Made by a program: the position numbers and the translations under genes | Part shown: positions 19,456 through 29,785 of the stretch, piece after piece | How the letters are laid out: every line of letters starts with the position of its first letter | Position numbering within the stretch: the stretch's first letter is position 1 | The notes under the pieces: model-generated | Told to the model about the DNA's origin: nothing | Seen by the model: only the letters and a program-made list of their open reading frames with translations | Database searches by the model: none | Source of the DNA: an uncultured Nitrospinota bacterium | GTDB taxonomy: Bacteria; Tectomicrobia; Entotheonellia; J063; CAVPRW01 | DNA length: 64,000 nucleotides | Assembly: GCA_963707985.1 (NCBI GenBank) | Contig: CAVPRW010000039.1 | Location: 1 to 64,000, forward strand | Direction: 5' to 3'

Positions 19456-21108
19456 CTAGTCGGTCCCATCGCCTATCGCCTTGGCTAGGTCCCGCGCCCA
19501 TTGACTAATTTGGCGGGACTTGTCCACTTTCAAGTAGCGTTCCCACGTCACCGACACTGAATCCCCGAAAATCCGCGTCAGCGTCGCGAAGTCGAGCCCG
19601 GCGAGGGTCATTTGCGTGACCCAAAACGAGCGAATTGCGTGTGGGTTGATGGCGACGGGACCCCCCAGCCGGTCCTGCGTAAAGGTCCACACCATCTTTT
19701 CCACCAGACGGCTCATGCTCGGGGTGTTGTAGGGATCACCCCAGCGCGACACGAACAGGTAGGGATAGCTGGCATCCGGGATCAATCGAGGTCGCCAGAC
19801 GGTGAGCCATTCCTGCAGTTGGGGCAAGAGGCTGCGCGGAAACGATTCATCCCATCGATTGATGCGGCGCTGGTGTCGACCAGCCCGGCGGTATCCTTTC
19901 TTCAACTCCTCGCCCTCGAAGTGGATCCGATACGTGCCCTCCGCTTGAGGGATGAGGTTCTGGTTGACCTGCACGCCATTCCAGGTTCCCTGAAAGAGCC
20001 CAAGCTCGCGCATATTGCGCTGTCTGATCGGCCGATGGACCCAGAGTCGAAGCATGAGCGAATGTTCAGCCCAGACGGCCATGTTTTTGAGACTTGTCCC
20101 CTGGGGATGCTGGCGATAGGCCCGCGGGGGCCGAGTATTGGGATGCGCCACATAGAAGGCGACTTCTTGGGCGTAGGGCGAATCTTGCAGACGGCGCTCG
20201 TTCAGCGGATGGCGGCTTTGTCCGATGAGATCGAGTTCTTCAAGATCGAGCCAGGGGGGGCCAGCATCACACATCGCCTCTTCCGGTGGCAACCCCGGCA
20301 TGTCATAGAGCGCGGAAATCGCCTGGGCGAGCGCCAGGTCATGGAGATGGTGTTCCGCGATGGTGCGCATCGTCCGTAGGAAGACCCGAAGGCCTCCGGT
20401 ACTGCGCTTGCGCCGGCGCAGCCACCAGGGAATGAACGCCCGGAGCAAGGTCGGCTGACACAACTCACGGAGGTCCAACAACTCGGCCGGGAGCTGTAGT
20501 TCATACGCCGCATAGCCGGCGAGCCGTTCCACAACGTCCCGAACCGCCTTGCAGGTGATGGGGCGTTTTTGGATGAAGTGGGGCGTCCGCTGGTCAAATT
20601 GATCCAGGCAGGAGCTAAGGTAGGCTTCCAACTCGGCATGGAGCTGCGGCGCTAATTCGCCGAAACCGGGAGGCGACTGTTCGGGGATGGGTTCTCCCCG
20701 TGTGCGTCGTGTCAAGCCCTGCTTGCCGAGGGCATATGGGGTGCGATCGGCACCCCCCAGGCGATGATAGTAGGTCTGCTCGAAAGTGCGGCTATGGCCT
20801 TTAGTGCGCCAATCCTTGAGTGGAGCGGCCAGGGGCGGCAACCAGCCCCGGGTGACGGCGATCTCCAGGAGATTATCGACATCATTCCGGATATTTTTTC
20901 GGTAGGCGGCGGAGAAGTTGCCGGGGGCATTGTTGATGAGCTCATCGCGACGGTCTTTGGGAAGGTGGTAGACCGCGGGTGGGCAGGCGGCAGGATCGGC
21001 GCCCAACCACCCCGCATAGCGTTTGATATGACTGCGCAGGGGTTTGACGCGTGAGGGCTGAAAGCATCCCTCGCGGATGGCAGTGTCGAGAAGCTGATCC
21101 AACATCAT
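19456..21108 (-). CDS. large atypical tyrosine recombinase (550 aa)
   Basis: C-terminal catalytic set: PIRQRN (R), ELKK (K), NPHAIRS (HxxR), FGDS, WERY (Y); long unassigned N-terminal region. Confidence 0.8.
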   Translation of the reverse strand: MMLDQLLDTAIREGCFQPSRVKPLRSHIKRYAGWLGADPAACPPAVYHLPKDRRDELINNAPGNFSAAYRKNIRNDVDNLLEIAVTRGWLPPLAAPLKDWRTKGHSRTFEQTYYHRLGGADRTPYALGKQGLTRRTRGEPIPEQSPPGFGELAPQLHAELEAYLSSCLDQFDQRTPHFIQKRPITCKAVRDVVERLAGYAAYELQLPAELLDLRELCQPTLLRAFIPWWLRRRKRSTGGLRVFLRTMRTIAEHHLHDLALAQAISALYDMPGLPPEEAMCDAGPPWLDLEELDLIGQSRHPLNERRLQDSPYAQEVAFYVAHPNTRPPRAYRQHPQGTSLKNMAVWAEHSLMLRLWVHRPIRQRNMRELGLFQGTWNGVQVNQNLIPQAEGTYRIHFEGEELKKGYRRAGRHQRRINRWDESFPRSLLPQLQEWLTVWRPRLIPDASYPYLFVSRWGDPYNTPSMSRLVEKMVWTFTQDRLGGPVAINPHAIRSFWVTQMTLAGLDFATLTRIFGDSVSVTWERYLKVDKSRQISQWARDLAKAIGDGTD

Positions 21109-21167
21109 GACAACAGTTCCTTACGTCTGTGGAGATTTTACAGTTGTTTTGGAATACGATATGGATT

Positions 21168-21195
21168 ACTATAACACAACAATAACACTTTTCAA
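21168..21195 (-). promoter_or_regulatory. sigma70-like promoter of the 550-aa recombinase
   Basis: Minus strand TTGAAA-16 nt-TATAGT with TGn extension; ATAACAC repeated twice within it. Confidence 0.5.
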
Positions 21196-21991
21196 ATCAA
21201 ATAATCGCGATACGAGACGATCACGCTGGAGATGATGGCCAACGACGAGAATAATCAGGATTGTATGAATTCTATTACGTTCTGGTAGTTTAATATCGTA
21301 GGGCAGAGAAGTGGACGACTAATTTTATTTAATGAGAAATTACCAGGAATGCCGTGTGCACAGGGAGATAGCAGGCATAATGACGCGTGACTAACAGCGA
21401 CTAATTCGCGTCATTACTGGGTATCGCATGGCAAATTTCACATCAAGTTGATGGCCGAATGACCCTATTCAGAAGCATACACTCCACAGCGTCCACCAAT
21501 CATCTTTCCGCCTTGCTGCAGCTCATTCATAACGTGCGACAGAGTTGTGCAACAGCGTCAGAATATGCTGGGCATGTACTGCAAGCGCTCTAAAGTGGCC
21601 AAACGCTTCAAGCACTGGACGTCTTCAGCTGCCAAGGAATAGATAGGGACTATGGCCGATGAACCATCGTCAGAGCTAAGACAGATGATGGCCAGCGACA
21701 TTGGCACGACGGGAGCGACAATTGGATGCCTGGCCGAGGGTGGGGGCAGCATCGATATCGAGCGTGCATGCAGCCACAAACCCAACACGGCTGTTACCAG
21801 GGGCCATAAGCACAGCTGAACCCGTCGGATGCAATTCTCTTTCACCTGAAGTGGTATATGGCGAGATTCGCGGGAAAATGGGTTACTTCGATGGAACGGT
21901 GTTGTTCAGCCGGTATGCAACTCCGTCTGTGTGGGTGGTTTGGATGGCTGTGGTGGACCATTGGCACCGGCTCTCGGCGGAAGTCAGCGGC

Positions 21992-22409
21992 TAGTGCAAT
22001 GTCCAGATAAAATGATCTGTTATCATAGCACTCTTATACCCCCAATCTCAGGGAGGGTGCTATGGCTGTCAGATATGTCGTCACCTTGACGGAACCTGAA
22101 CGCAACGAACTCCAGGAGCTTATCTCAAAGAATAAAGCCAATCGGAACACCATTGTGAACGCGTTTATTTTATTGAAGGCCGATAAATTATGTGGCTGGA
22201 GTAATAAGGATATTGCAGAGTCATACCATGTCTCGACAAAGAAAGTAGAGCAGGTCAAAAAACGTTTTGTCGCAGCAGGCTATGAAGCCGTGTTGTATCG
22301 TAAACCTGTGACCAATATGCATCGCTGTAAAATGACCGGGAAAGAAGAAGCCCATTTAATTGCCCTGTGTTGTAGTCAACCTCCTGAAGGACGTGCGACC
22401 TGGACCTTA
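21992..22409 (+). mobile_element. IS630-family element, 5' part only (HTH of transposase from 22062), truncated by IS5
   Basis: RYVVTLTEPERNELQEL..., EEAHLIALCCSQPPEGRATWTL; AT-rich; begins at TA. Confidence 0.85.
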
Positions 22410-23277
22410 GAGGGTGTTTAAAAACCTGTCATGTGCGCCAGACGATGTACCATCAGGCGGATCATGGCGACGCGGATCATGGCTTCGCTCGTTTGGGTTA
22501 CATACTCATAATCCTTTGATAAGCGGCGGTAGCGGCCTAACCACGCGAAGGTCCGCTCCACCACCGAGCGTGTCGGCAGGAGGAGGAAGCCGTGGGTCCC
22601 CGCCGGCCGCTTGACGATTTCCAAGCGGACCTTCCGCCATGGCCGCAGGCCCCACACCCAGGTGACGAGGTCTCCGGTGTAGGCCTGATCGGCCCACATG
22701 CACCGCACACGGGAGCAGTGGTGCTGCAGGCACGCGAGCAGGCTTTCAGCACCAGCGCGGTCTTGCACGTTGGCCGCGGTGACCACCACGGCCAGCAACA
22801 ACCCTAGCGTATCGACGACAATATGGCGCTGGCGACCATTGACCGGCTTATGCGCATCGTCGCCGTGGACCCCCCTTGGTTCGGTGGTCTTGACGGACTG
22901 GCTCTCGATACTGCCCGCACTGGGTTGGCGTTGCCGGCCCACGGCGACACGCACATCCCCACGCCGCATGTCATGGATATGTTGCCACGTGCCCTCCCGG
23001 CGCCAGAGCCAAAAGTCATGGTAGACGATCTCCCATGGGGGAAAGTCATGGGGCAGCAGGCGCCAGGCACACCCACCACGCAGGAGATAAACGAGGCCAT
23101 TGAGGATCTCGCGCTTGGAGTATTGAGCCGGTCGCCCGCCCCGCTTGGCCTTGGGAACATAGGGTTCGATGAAGGCCCATGCTTTGTCGGTTACGTCTGT
23201 GGGATAGGGTTTTCGGGGTTCCATGCCCCAATCTTACCATGGGGCACGTACCTACTGGAAACTTTTTAAACACCCGC
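22410..23277 (-). mobile_element. IS5-family (IS1031-like) insertion sequence, transposase 22418-23224
   Basis: TIRs GAGGGTGTTTAAAAA and TTTTTAAACACCCGC; YPTDVTD..W, WRLLPHDFPPW, VVERTFAWLGRYRRLSKDYE. Several conserved residues are drifted (IESQSVK). Confidence 0.92.
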
Positions 23278-24149
23278 TGAGATGCACCTGCGAGGGATCG
23301 TCACCCAGCAGCAGACCTTCGACCATGAGGTCTAAATCAGGTGTTCGACTTCGCTAGGCTCTATACCGGCCGACCGTTCGAGGCCGTGTGCCTGGCGGTT
23401 CAAGCGCCAGCCGACGGCGAACCTGCTGGTTGATCACTCCGTTGCCCCCGTGGCGAGCTTTGCAAAGTGGCCATAACGACGGTGGAGTAATTGCGCCGTA
23501 ACCATATTCCCCGCAGTTCTGAATTGTATTTTGATTGCAGCCGCAGTGGGAATTGTGCCTGAAAAATCCTTACCGAACATCAACTGACCGAAGCTCGTCA
23601 TCATTTCTTTGAGGCTGGTGAGGACTGAACCCAGCTCACCCGGAGGCTGGGAAGGGGAACACACGGCGAGCCTGTTACCGTCATCGAGGTGATTTGTCCG
23701 GGACCTCCTCATAGGGGGTACGATATCAGCGAGGCCGTTAGCTGTATAACCTTATTTTATCCTCGTAATTGACCTCCTAGAATATTGTCTTGACACGCTT
23801 TTGCATCTCCCCTATGCTCGCGCCCATTCACTATGATACGACTAGGTCCTCTGTTGTTCTGGCTCAGGAGAATGCCGATGGTGCTCGCAACGTTCCTACT
23901 ACTTCTTTGCATCCCGTGTAGGTTCTCTGCCTCATTCCGCTTTTTGACACGGCCGCAACTCCTGACCCGCCTTTCACCCTCATTGTAGGAAGGCCAGACC
24001 TCACACCGCTGTACCTTGCAAACCGCGCACGACATCCTTTGCACTGGTGGGCCCCCCACTCGGCCTTGCCCAGGATACCCCGCTCAACGAGTATCCAGGG
24101 CTGCACAGCGCTGATGAAGAAGCCTGCGATGCGTCACCGTCAGGGTGTT

Positions 24150-24483
24150 AATATCCGTGGGATGACGCCGATTCAACACAGTCGGCCGCACTCCCCACTA
24201 CCGTAAGCAATGTCCTGACACGGTTTGTGCCGCACGAGCCAACGCGGGGGCTGCTACGACCAGGCGGTCATGGAGTGCTGGGTGTCGACGGTGAAAAGCG
24301 AGTTGGGGGAGCGCTTCGAGATCTACGGTCAGGCAAAGGCGCCATGGTCCGACGACATCGAGGTGTTCGACAACCTGTCGGGCCGGCACTCGCCCTTGCG
24401 CGACGTCAGCCCAGCTGACGTCGCGTGCAGTGAGCGTGTGCAACCTGCGTCGTTCCAGCGTCCACCAAAGCGGATCAAGCTCA
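24150..24483 (+). pseudogene. IS3-family transposase C-terminal relic with right end
   Basis: RGGCYDQAVMECWVSTVKSEL...IEVFDN..RHS..SPA followed by the IR-like CGTCCACCAAAGCGGATCAAGCTCA. Confidence 0.75.
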
Positions 24484-24533
24484 CTGTGTCGTCAACGGAT
24501 AGAGCCATGCCAAAGATTTTCACATGATCCGAG

Positions 24534-25391
24534 TTGCTTAGGCGTTTCAGAGGCTCTGGTGATGATGGGGATGTTCGGGCGTATAGGGCGAAAGGAGACA
24601 GACTGACCGAGGATCACAACACGATTCAGAAAGTGCTTGGGGTATGGACTGTGGCGCTTCTGCTCCTCGGAGGAGCACTCACGGAGGCCGATGGGTCTGC
24701 CACGACGCTGTATAGATGCACGACGGTCTTGGACAGCCAGCGGGATGGGCTCGAAGCCACGCGCTGCGCTACCATCAACACGCGTGGGACGCTCGCAGTA
24801 CAGGTGCGGGACGACGCGCTCGGCATCAACAAGCTCGTGACGAAGCGGGGAGCACACGATGCCCCGGTGGTCGTCGCGGACACGCAGCCCATCGCGGACT
24901 TTCCGACCTTCTGCGACGATGGCCTCACTAGCATCCCGTCAGAGCCTTCCATCAATGAGAAGGGCGAAGTAGCATTCCAGAGAAATCCTCGCCGGCTCAT
25001 GATGCGGCCGCACTGCGGCACTCCAGAACAGCGCCAACGCCGGCAGGGAATTTCCCTCGGCAAGGGCGGACCCCTCACCACGATCGCAGACACCACGGGC
25101 CAGTTCGCCTCCGTGAGCGACCCCTCGCTGAAGATCTTCGGCCACGTGGCGTTCCAAGCCGAGAAATTCGACGCTCTGGGGCAGCAGATTTTCAGCAGTC
25201 ACACTAGTCGAGGCGGGCCGGTGACGACGGTGGCTAAGAGCAATCCCGATCCGCTGGCGAAAGGTCCTGTATACTCATCTTTCCGGGAGCCGTCTCTGAA
25301 TGATCTCGGTAGGGTCGCCTTCACGGCAGACATCGAGGTGCGGACCTTCGTCATGAAAGCCACGCCGAGCCATATGCACGACGATGACTGA
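24534..25391 (+). CDS. secreted protein with NxxGxxAF tandem repeats (probably truncated)
   Basis: Hydrophobic leader; repeats INTRGTLAVQ, PSINEKGEVAFQ, PSLKIFGHVAFQ, PSLNDLGRVAFT. Confidence 0.7.
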   Translation: MLRRFRGSGDDGDVRAYRAKGDRLTEDHNTIQKVLGVWTVALLLLGGALTEADGSATTLYRCTTVLDSQRDGLEATRCATINTRGTLAVQVRDDALGINKLVTKRGAHDAPVVVADTQPIADFPTFCDDGLTSIPSEPSINEKGEVAFQRNPRRLMMRPHCGTPEQRQRRQGISLGKGGPLTTIADTTGQFASVSDPSLKIFGHVAFQAEKFDALGQQIFSSHTSRGGPVTTVAKSNPDPLAKGPVYSSFREPSLNDLGRVAFTADIEVRTFVMKATPSHMHDDD

Positions 25392-25399
25392 ACCTCCGG

Positions 25400-25570
25400 T
25401 TCGCCACCGCCTTGCGACTCAGGACCGTGGGCGCCGAATCGATCCTGCGGCGCTTCACCAAGAACAATACGCAGCAGCCGACCGACAAAGCATTATGTGA
25501 GTTGGGCAAAACGTTGAAAACCGTATTCCTTGGCGATGACCTCTTCGTCGACTCCAAGCGAGAAGGGCTC
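25400..25570 (+). pseudogene. Tn3-family transposase fragment
   Basis: ESILRRFTKNNTQQPTDKALCELGKTLKTVFL matches the TnpA consensus LRRF...HPTY.AL.ELG...KTIFL. Confidence 0.75.
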
Positions 25571-25850
25571 CCTGGAGGCCAGCATCGGGGGCGTTGTCCG
25601 TGAACCACGTATTGACGATCGACGACTTCCTGCATCTTTTGAGCTTACGTTGGCGGAGAAGGACGTGAAACGAGCAGGCATTCTGGACTATCAGATCTCA
25701 AACGCCACTCCCTTCGAAGACGACCCACAGACCACGATAATAGGCACCCGACTAGCCAATAGGCCGAGGAATCCGGTATCGGATTGGAACCACCTCGAAG
25801 TGCACAACCGGAACACAGGCAAACAGGCCCATGCGTAGTGGAGGATTGCC

Positions 25851-26324
25851 ATGCTACCGCTCAGCGACCGCCAGCGCGCGACCCGCATCATGGCCGTGCA
25901 GGAGCATTTCCGAATCGAGAATACCCATGACCTCGACGCGGTTATGGACACGTTTGGGAACACGTGTAGCTTCCTGGCCAACAATGAACTGCATGATGGG
26001 CGAGAGGCCGTTCGCGCCTTCTATGCCGAATTCTTCCGCGGGTTTCCAGACCTTCAGTTCGACATCAAGAGCCTCCACGTCGCCGAAGAGGCGATCCCAG
26101 TGGAAATGGTGCTAAGCGGCACGCATACGGGCACATGGTTCGGCATTCCCCCCACTGGCCGTCACTTCGAAATGCCGGCCTGCGCTGTGTTCATCTTCGA
26201 CGAGCATGATAAGATCGCCGGTGAGCGCGGCTACTTCGACTCGGCCCTCCTGCTGCGTCAGCTCGGGCTGTTGCCGCCTGCCGGCTCACCAGCGGTTGGA
26301 GCGGATCAACCCACCACCGGCTAG
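25851..26324 (+). CDS. SnoaL-like ester cyclase
   Basis: HDLDAVMDTF, GFPDL, GTHTGTWFGIPPTGR, IAGERGYFD. Confidence 0.9.
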   Translation: MLPLSDRQRATRIMAVQEHFRIENTHDLDAVMDTFGNTCSFLANNELHDGREAVRAFYAEFFRGFPDLQFDIKSLHVAEEAIPVEMVLSGTHTGTWFGIPPTGRHFEMPACAVFIFDEHDKIAGERGYFDSALLLRQLGLLPPAGSPAVGADQPTTG

Positions 26325-26379
26325 TCCTGAGCGGGCGGCGCTGAGCATCTGCCGCTCGATCGCCGGTCGTTGGGGACTT

Positions 26380-26725
26380 CATCGCTCGGAAACACTCCTC
26401 CATCAACTGGCCCAGGGGGGCGGACATCAAGGCCTCGGTTCTGCGCCCTGGGGCGGTCGACACCCAGATTATCGACGCCGAGCGCAATCGTCCGGGGCAT
26501 CTACCGACGGCAGCGGTATTCCCTCCTGAAGATGGGGCCATGCGGGAGGCCAAACGCCAAGAGGTGCAGGCAGGGATATCGCCCGCTCACGTCGCCAAGC
26601 ATGTCTTCAGCGCGATCAAAACGGACAAAGTTTATGTGTTCATCCACCCGGAAGGCAACGTGTGGATCCAGGCACGGATGGAAGACATCCTCCACGAACG
26701 CTATCCGACCCCGCCAGGGCTATAA
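26380..26725 (+). pseudogene. C-terminal remnant of a short-chain dehydrogenase
   Basis: IKASVLRPGAVDTQIIDAERNRP ... GISPAHVAKHVFSAIKTDKVYVFIHP. Confidence 0.6.
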
Positions 26726-26992
26726 ACAGGAGGGGTCTCGACTGTGGGCGAACCGAGGCCCCGCGCTAACGCTGGGGGAACCTGGCGGACCTCAGGCTTG
26801 TTCAGGATGATCGGGTTGTGATCCAGCTGCCGCCCGAATCCGCACGGCAGGGGGAGACTATCGGCACGGCCTTCAGCCCGCAGCGACGGTGCCGTAGGTG
26901 ATACGATATGTCAGTTGACTCCTGACATGCGCACGGCTATACTCGGCCTGCACCGCATCCCTCCGGATCACCGCAGCAGTGGAAGAGGTGTG

Positions 26993-28606
26993 ATGGACAG
27001 AGCAGAGGCATGTGGCCGAGCTCTGACTTACGATCATGGGCTAAAGGAGGTCTCAGGATGCAACGCACCTCAACATACCGCTGCACGGTGGTACCTGATC
27101 GCAGTCTGTCTCCTCTTCGTACACTCCATGGCTTGGGGGGCCGTCCCCACACCTGGGGGCACGTTGCGCGTGGCCTGGGAAGCCGATGCCACCGGCTTCG
27201 ATCCCGGATTTTCACGCGGCATTCAGGCATACTACCTCAAAGGAAATATCTTTAATCCATTGGTGACGGTAGATGAGGACTTGAACTTTGTGCCCGAGTT
27301 AGCCGAGTCGTGGGAGACGCAGGAGAATGGCAAGGTCTATGTTTTCCACCTGCGCAAAGGCGTGAAGTTTCATGACGGCACGGACTTCGACGCCGAGGCC
27401 GTGCGCTGGAACATTCAGTGGACGACGGACCGCGACAATCAAAGTGTCATGGACGCCTTCCTGGACACCATCGAGACGGTTGAGGTCATCGATGCGCATA
27501 CCGTAAAGATCACCCTCAAGTATCCCACGTTTACCTTGCTCCCAGCCCTCGCTCAGTATCGTGAAGGGTTACTGATCAAATCCCCCACGGCGTATGCCAA
27601 GGTCGGCAAACAAGATGCGCAGCAAAATCCGGTGGGGACCGGCCCCTTTAAGCTCGCCAAGTGGGAGCAGAACAACCTCATCGTGCTGGAGAAAAATCCA
27701 AACTATTGGAAGCCGGGACTTCCCTATCTGGATCGCATCGAGTTCAAGATCATGAAGGATGGGGTCACGCGCGCCACCGCCATACGGGCCGGGGAAGTGG
27801 ACTACGTCAGTTGGGTACCGCGCGAGCACGCCGATCGGGTGATGAAGGATCCCAAGATCCAGGTGTGGACGGGGAAGGGGTCCTCCACCGCCTTTAGTGC
27901 GTTCAACGTCTCGCGTAAACCCTTTGATGACCCAAAGGTCCGCGTTGCGCTCGCCGGCTATGGCATCGATCGCCGGGCCATCGCCAAGGCGGCTCTGCTG
28001 GGCCATGGAGGACCGCAATGGGGCTTCCTGCCGCCAGGAGCCAAAGGGTTTCAGGATCTCTCCGAGCTCTATCCGTATGATCCGGAGAAGGCCAAAGCCT
28101 TACTGAAAGAGGCTGGATTTGACGAGCAGAACCCACTCAAGTACTCGCTGATTACCCACGCGGGGGAGTCGTCTCTCCCCACCATGGCCACCATCATGAA
28201 GACGCAACTAGCCAAGGCGGGTGTCCAGCTCAATATCGAAGTTCTCGACCGCCCGATCTATCTGAAACGCTCCAATGGCCACGATTACGAACAGCTTCTC
28301 AATGCCTCGTCGCATATGTTGGATGCCTACGACCGCGCCAGCTCCTTCGACCGCCATGCCGGGGTCAACATCCCGAACCATCAAGATCCGCAGATCGACG
28401 AGTTGCTGGATCGTCTGCGCCAAGCCAGCACCGAGGCCGACTACCTCAAGGCGGGGGAGGACCTGCAAGTGTATGCGACGCGCCAGATGCTGTACTTTGG
28501 TATCGCCACGTTGCCCGATATCGAGGCCGCCCGCGACACGATGCAGGGGTATGTGTTCATGCGTGGTTTTAAGAAGCGCTTTGAGACGGTCTGGCTGAAG
28601 AAATAA
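26993..28606 (+). CDS. peptide/nickel-type ABC transporter substrate-binding protein (family 5)
   Basis: PELAESWE, FHLRKGVKFHDGTDFDAEAV, PVGTGPFK, PYLDRI. The start is uncertain: the best RBS+ATG (27058) is out of frame. Confidence 0.92.
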   Translation: MDRAEACGRALTYDHGLKEVSGCNAPQHTAARWYLIAVCLLFVHSMAWGAVPTPGGTLRVAWEADATGFDPGFSRGIQAYYLKGNIFNPLVTVDEDLNFVPELAESWETQENGKVYVFHLRKGVKFHDGTDFDAEAVRWNIQWTTDRDNQSVMDAFLDTIETVEVIDAHTVKITLKYPTFTLLPALAQYREGLLIKSPTAYAKVGKQDAQQNPVGTGPFKLAKWEQNNLIVLEKNPNYWKPGLPYLDRIEFKIMKDGVTRATAIRAGEVDYVSWVPREHADRVMKDPKIQVWTGKGSSTAFSAFNVSRKPFDDPKVRVALAGYGIDRRAIAKAALLGHGGPQWGFLPPGAKGFQDLSELYPYDPEKAKALLKEAGFDEQNPLKYSLITHAGESSLPTMATIMKTQLAKAGVQLNIEVLDRPIYLKRSNGHDYEQLLNASSHMLDAYDRASSFDRHAGVNIPNHQDPQIDELLDRLRQASTEADYLKAGEDLQVYATRQMLYFGIATLPDIEAARDTMQGYVFMRGFKKRFETVWLKK

Positions 28607-28662
28607 CCTCGGCCGCACTGCAGGTGCGTGTCGGCCCAGTGCTGAACAGGAGGACACTAGCT

Positions 28663-29142
28663 ATGCCAGGGATTGAGGGCTTAGGACATGTAGGCATCCA
28701 CACCGAAGACTTGATGAAAATGCGTGATTTTTACACGCGCGTCATGGGCTTGCAAATCGCTGATGAAAATCTCGACCGCGGTATCGTGTTTTTGAGCGCC
28801 AATCCGGACTATGAGCACCACGAATTTGTGCTGGCCAGAGGGAGAGATGTACCCCAGGGCGCCAAAGTGGTCCAGCAGATCTCCTTCAAAGTCGAGAGCC
28901 CAGCTGACTTGAAGGACTATCATCGGCGGCTGCAAGCTGAGCAGATTACCATCGACCGCTTTGTCAGCCATGGTAACGCGCTGGGGCTCTACTTTTTCGA
29001 CCCGGAAGGGAACCGCATTGAAGTGTATTACAAGACCGGGTTCCCAGTGCCCCAGCCGCATGGGGATCCCCTGAACATGGAAGCATCGACGGACGAATGG
29101 CTGGCTACGGCCCGTGCCGCCATTCCAGCGGATCGACAATAG
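28663..29142 (+). CDS. VOC/glyoxalase family protein
   Basis: LGHVGIH..DL..MRDFYTRVMG, YFFDPEGNRIEVY. Confidence 0.9.
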   Translation: MPGIEGLGHVGIHTEDLMKMRDFYTRVMGLQIADENLDRGIVFLSANPDYEHHEFVLARGRDVPQGAKVVQQISFKVESPADLKDYHRRLQAEQITIDRFVSHGNALGLYFFDPEGNRIEVYYKTGFPVPQPHGDPLNMEASTDEWLATARAAIPADRQ

Positions 29143-29211
29143 CGGGCCAAGAAGCGCTATCGCGAGGGTGTCTATCGAGTGTGATGTCCAACTAGCGAGG
29201 AGGCGAAAGCC

Positions 29212-29628
29212 ATGCCGAGAATCAAACATATCGCCCTGACGACCGGAAACCCCGAGAAGGTGGCGGCCTTTTACAAGGAAGCCTTCGACATGAAGGAGGT
29301 TCGCCGCAGCCCCAACGGTGCGGTGTTCCTCACCGATGGGTACATTAACCTAGCGATTTTGAACTATAAGACCGAGAAGGACGCTGACGTGGGCGCCCAT
29401 GGACCTAACTTCAGCGGCATCCATCACTTTGGTTTTGAGGTCGAAAACCTTGACGAAGCCTGTCAAAAACTGGAGGCTGCACAGGGGCAACAGCTCACGG
29501 CAAAGGATAACCTGGATACCATGATGGCTGCCGGCAGCCACCGGAACTTCGAGATGAAGTGGGCGGCTCCTGACGGCGTGGTGGTGGATGTGTCCCATAC
29601 CGGTTGGGACGGCACGTCATCGAAGTGA
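29212..29628 (+). CDS. VOC/glyoxalase family protein
   Basis: IKHIAL..., LTDGYINLAIL, GIHHFGFEV, PDGVVVDVS. Confidence 0.9.
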   Translation: MPRIKHIALTTGNPEKVAAFYKEAFDMKEVRRSPNGAVFLTDGYINLAILNYKTEKDADVGAHGPNFSGIHHFGFEVENLDEACQKLEAAQGQQLTAKDNLDTMMAAGSHRNFEMKWAAPDGVVVDVSHTGWDGTSSK

Positions 29629-29637
29629 TCCCCGGTG

Positions 29638-29734
29638 CCCTCTCCCTCCGGAAGAGGGTTAGGGTGAGGGCGGCAGGTCACGATTGAGCCGTTGGGTATC
29701 CCTCACCCCGGCCCTCTCCCACTGGGAGAGGGGG
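29638..29734. repeat. inverted pair of REP-like intergenic repeats (CCCTCACCCC.GCCCTCTCCC...GGGAGAGGG type)
   Basis: CCCTCTCCCTCCGGAAGAGGGTTAGGGTGAGGG ... CCCTCACCCCGGCCCTCTCCCACTGGGAGAGGGG. Confidence 0.75.
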
Positions 29735-29785
29735 CGAAGGTATAGGGAGACCGGTAACGTGTAACTATCGATCGGGAGGAACCCC

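Noticed and set aside
21259..21290. dif-like site near the large recombinase
   Set aside because: Poor match to both XerC and XerD arms.
23434..24106. Short ORFs in a lower-GC stretch
   Set aside because: No recognisable motifs or convincing starts; probably decayed DNA.
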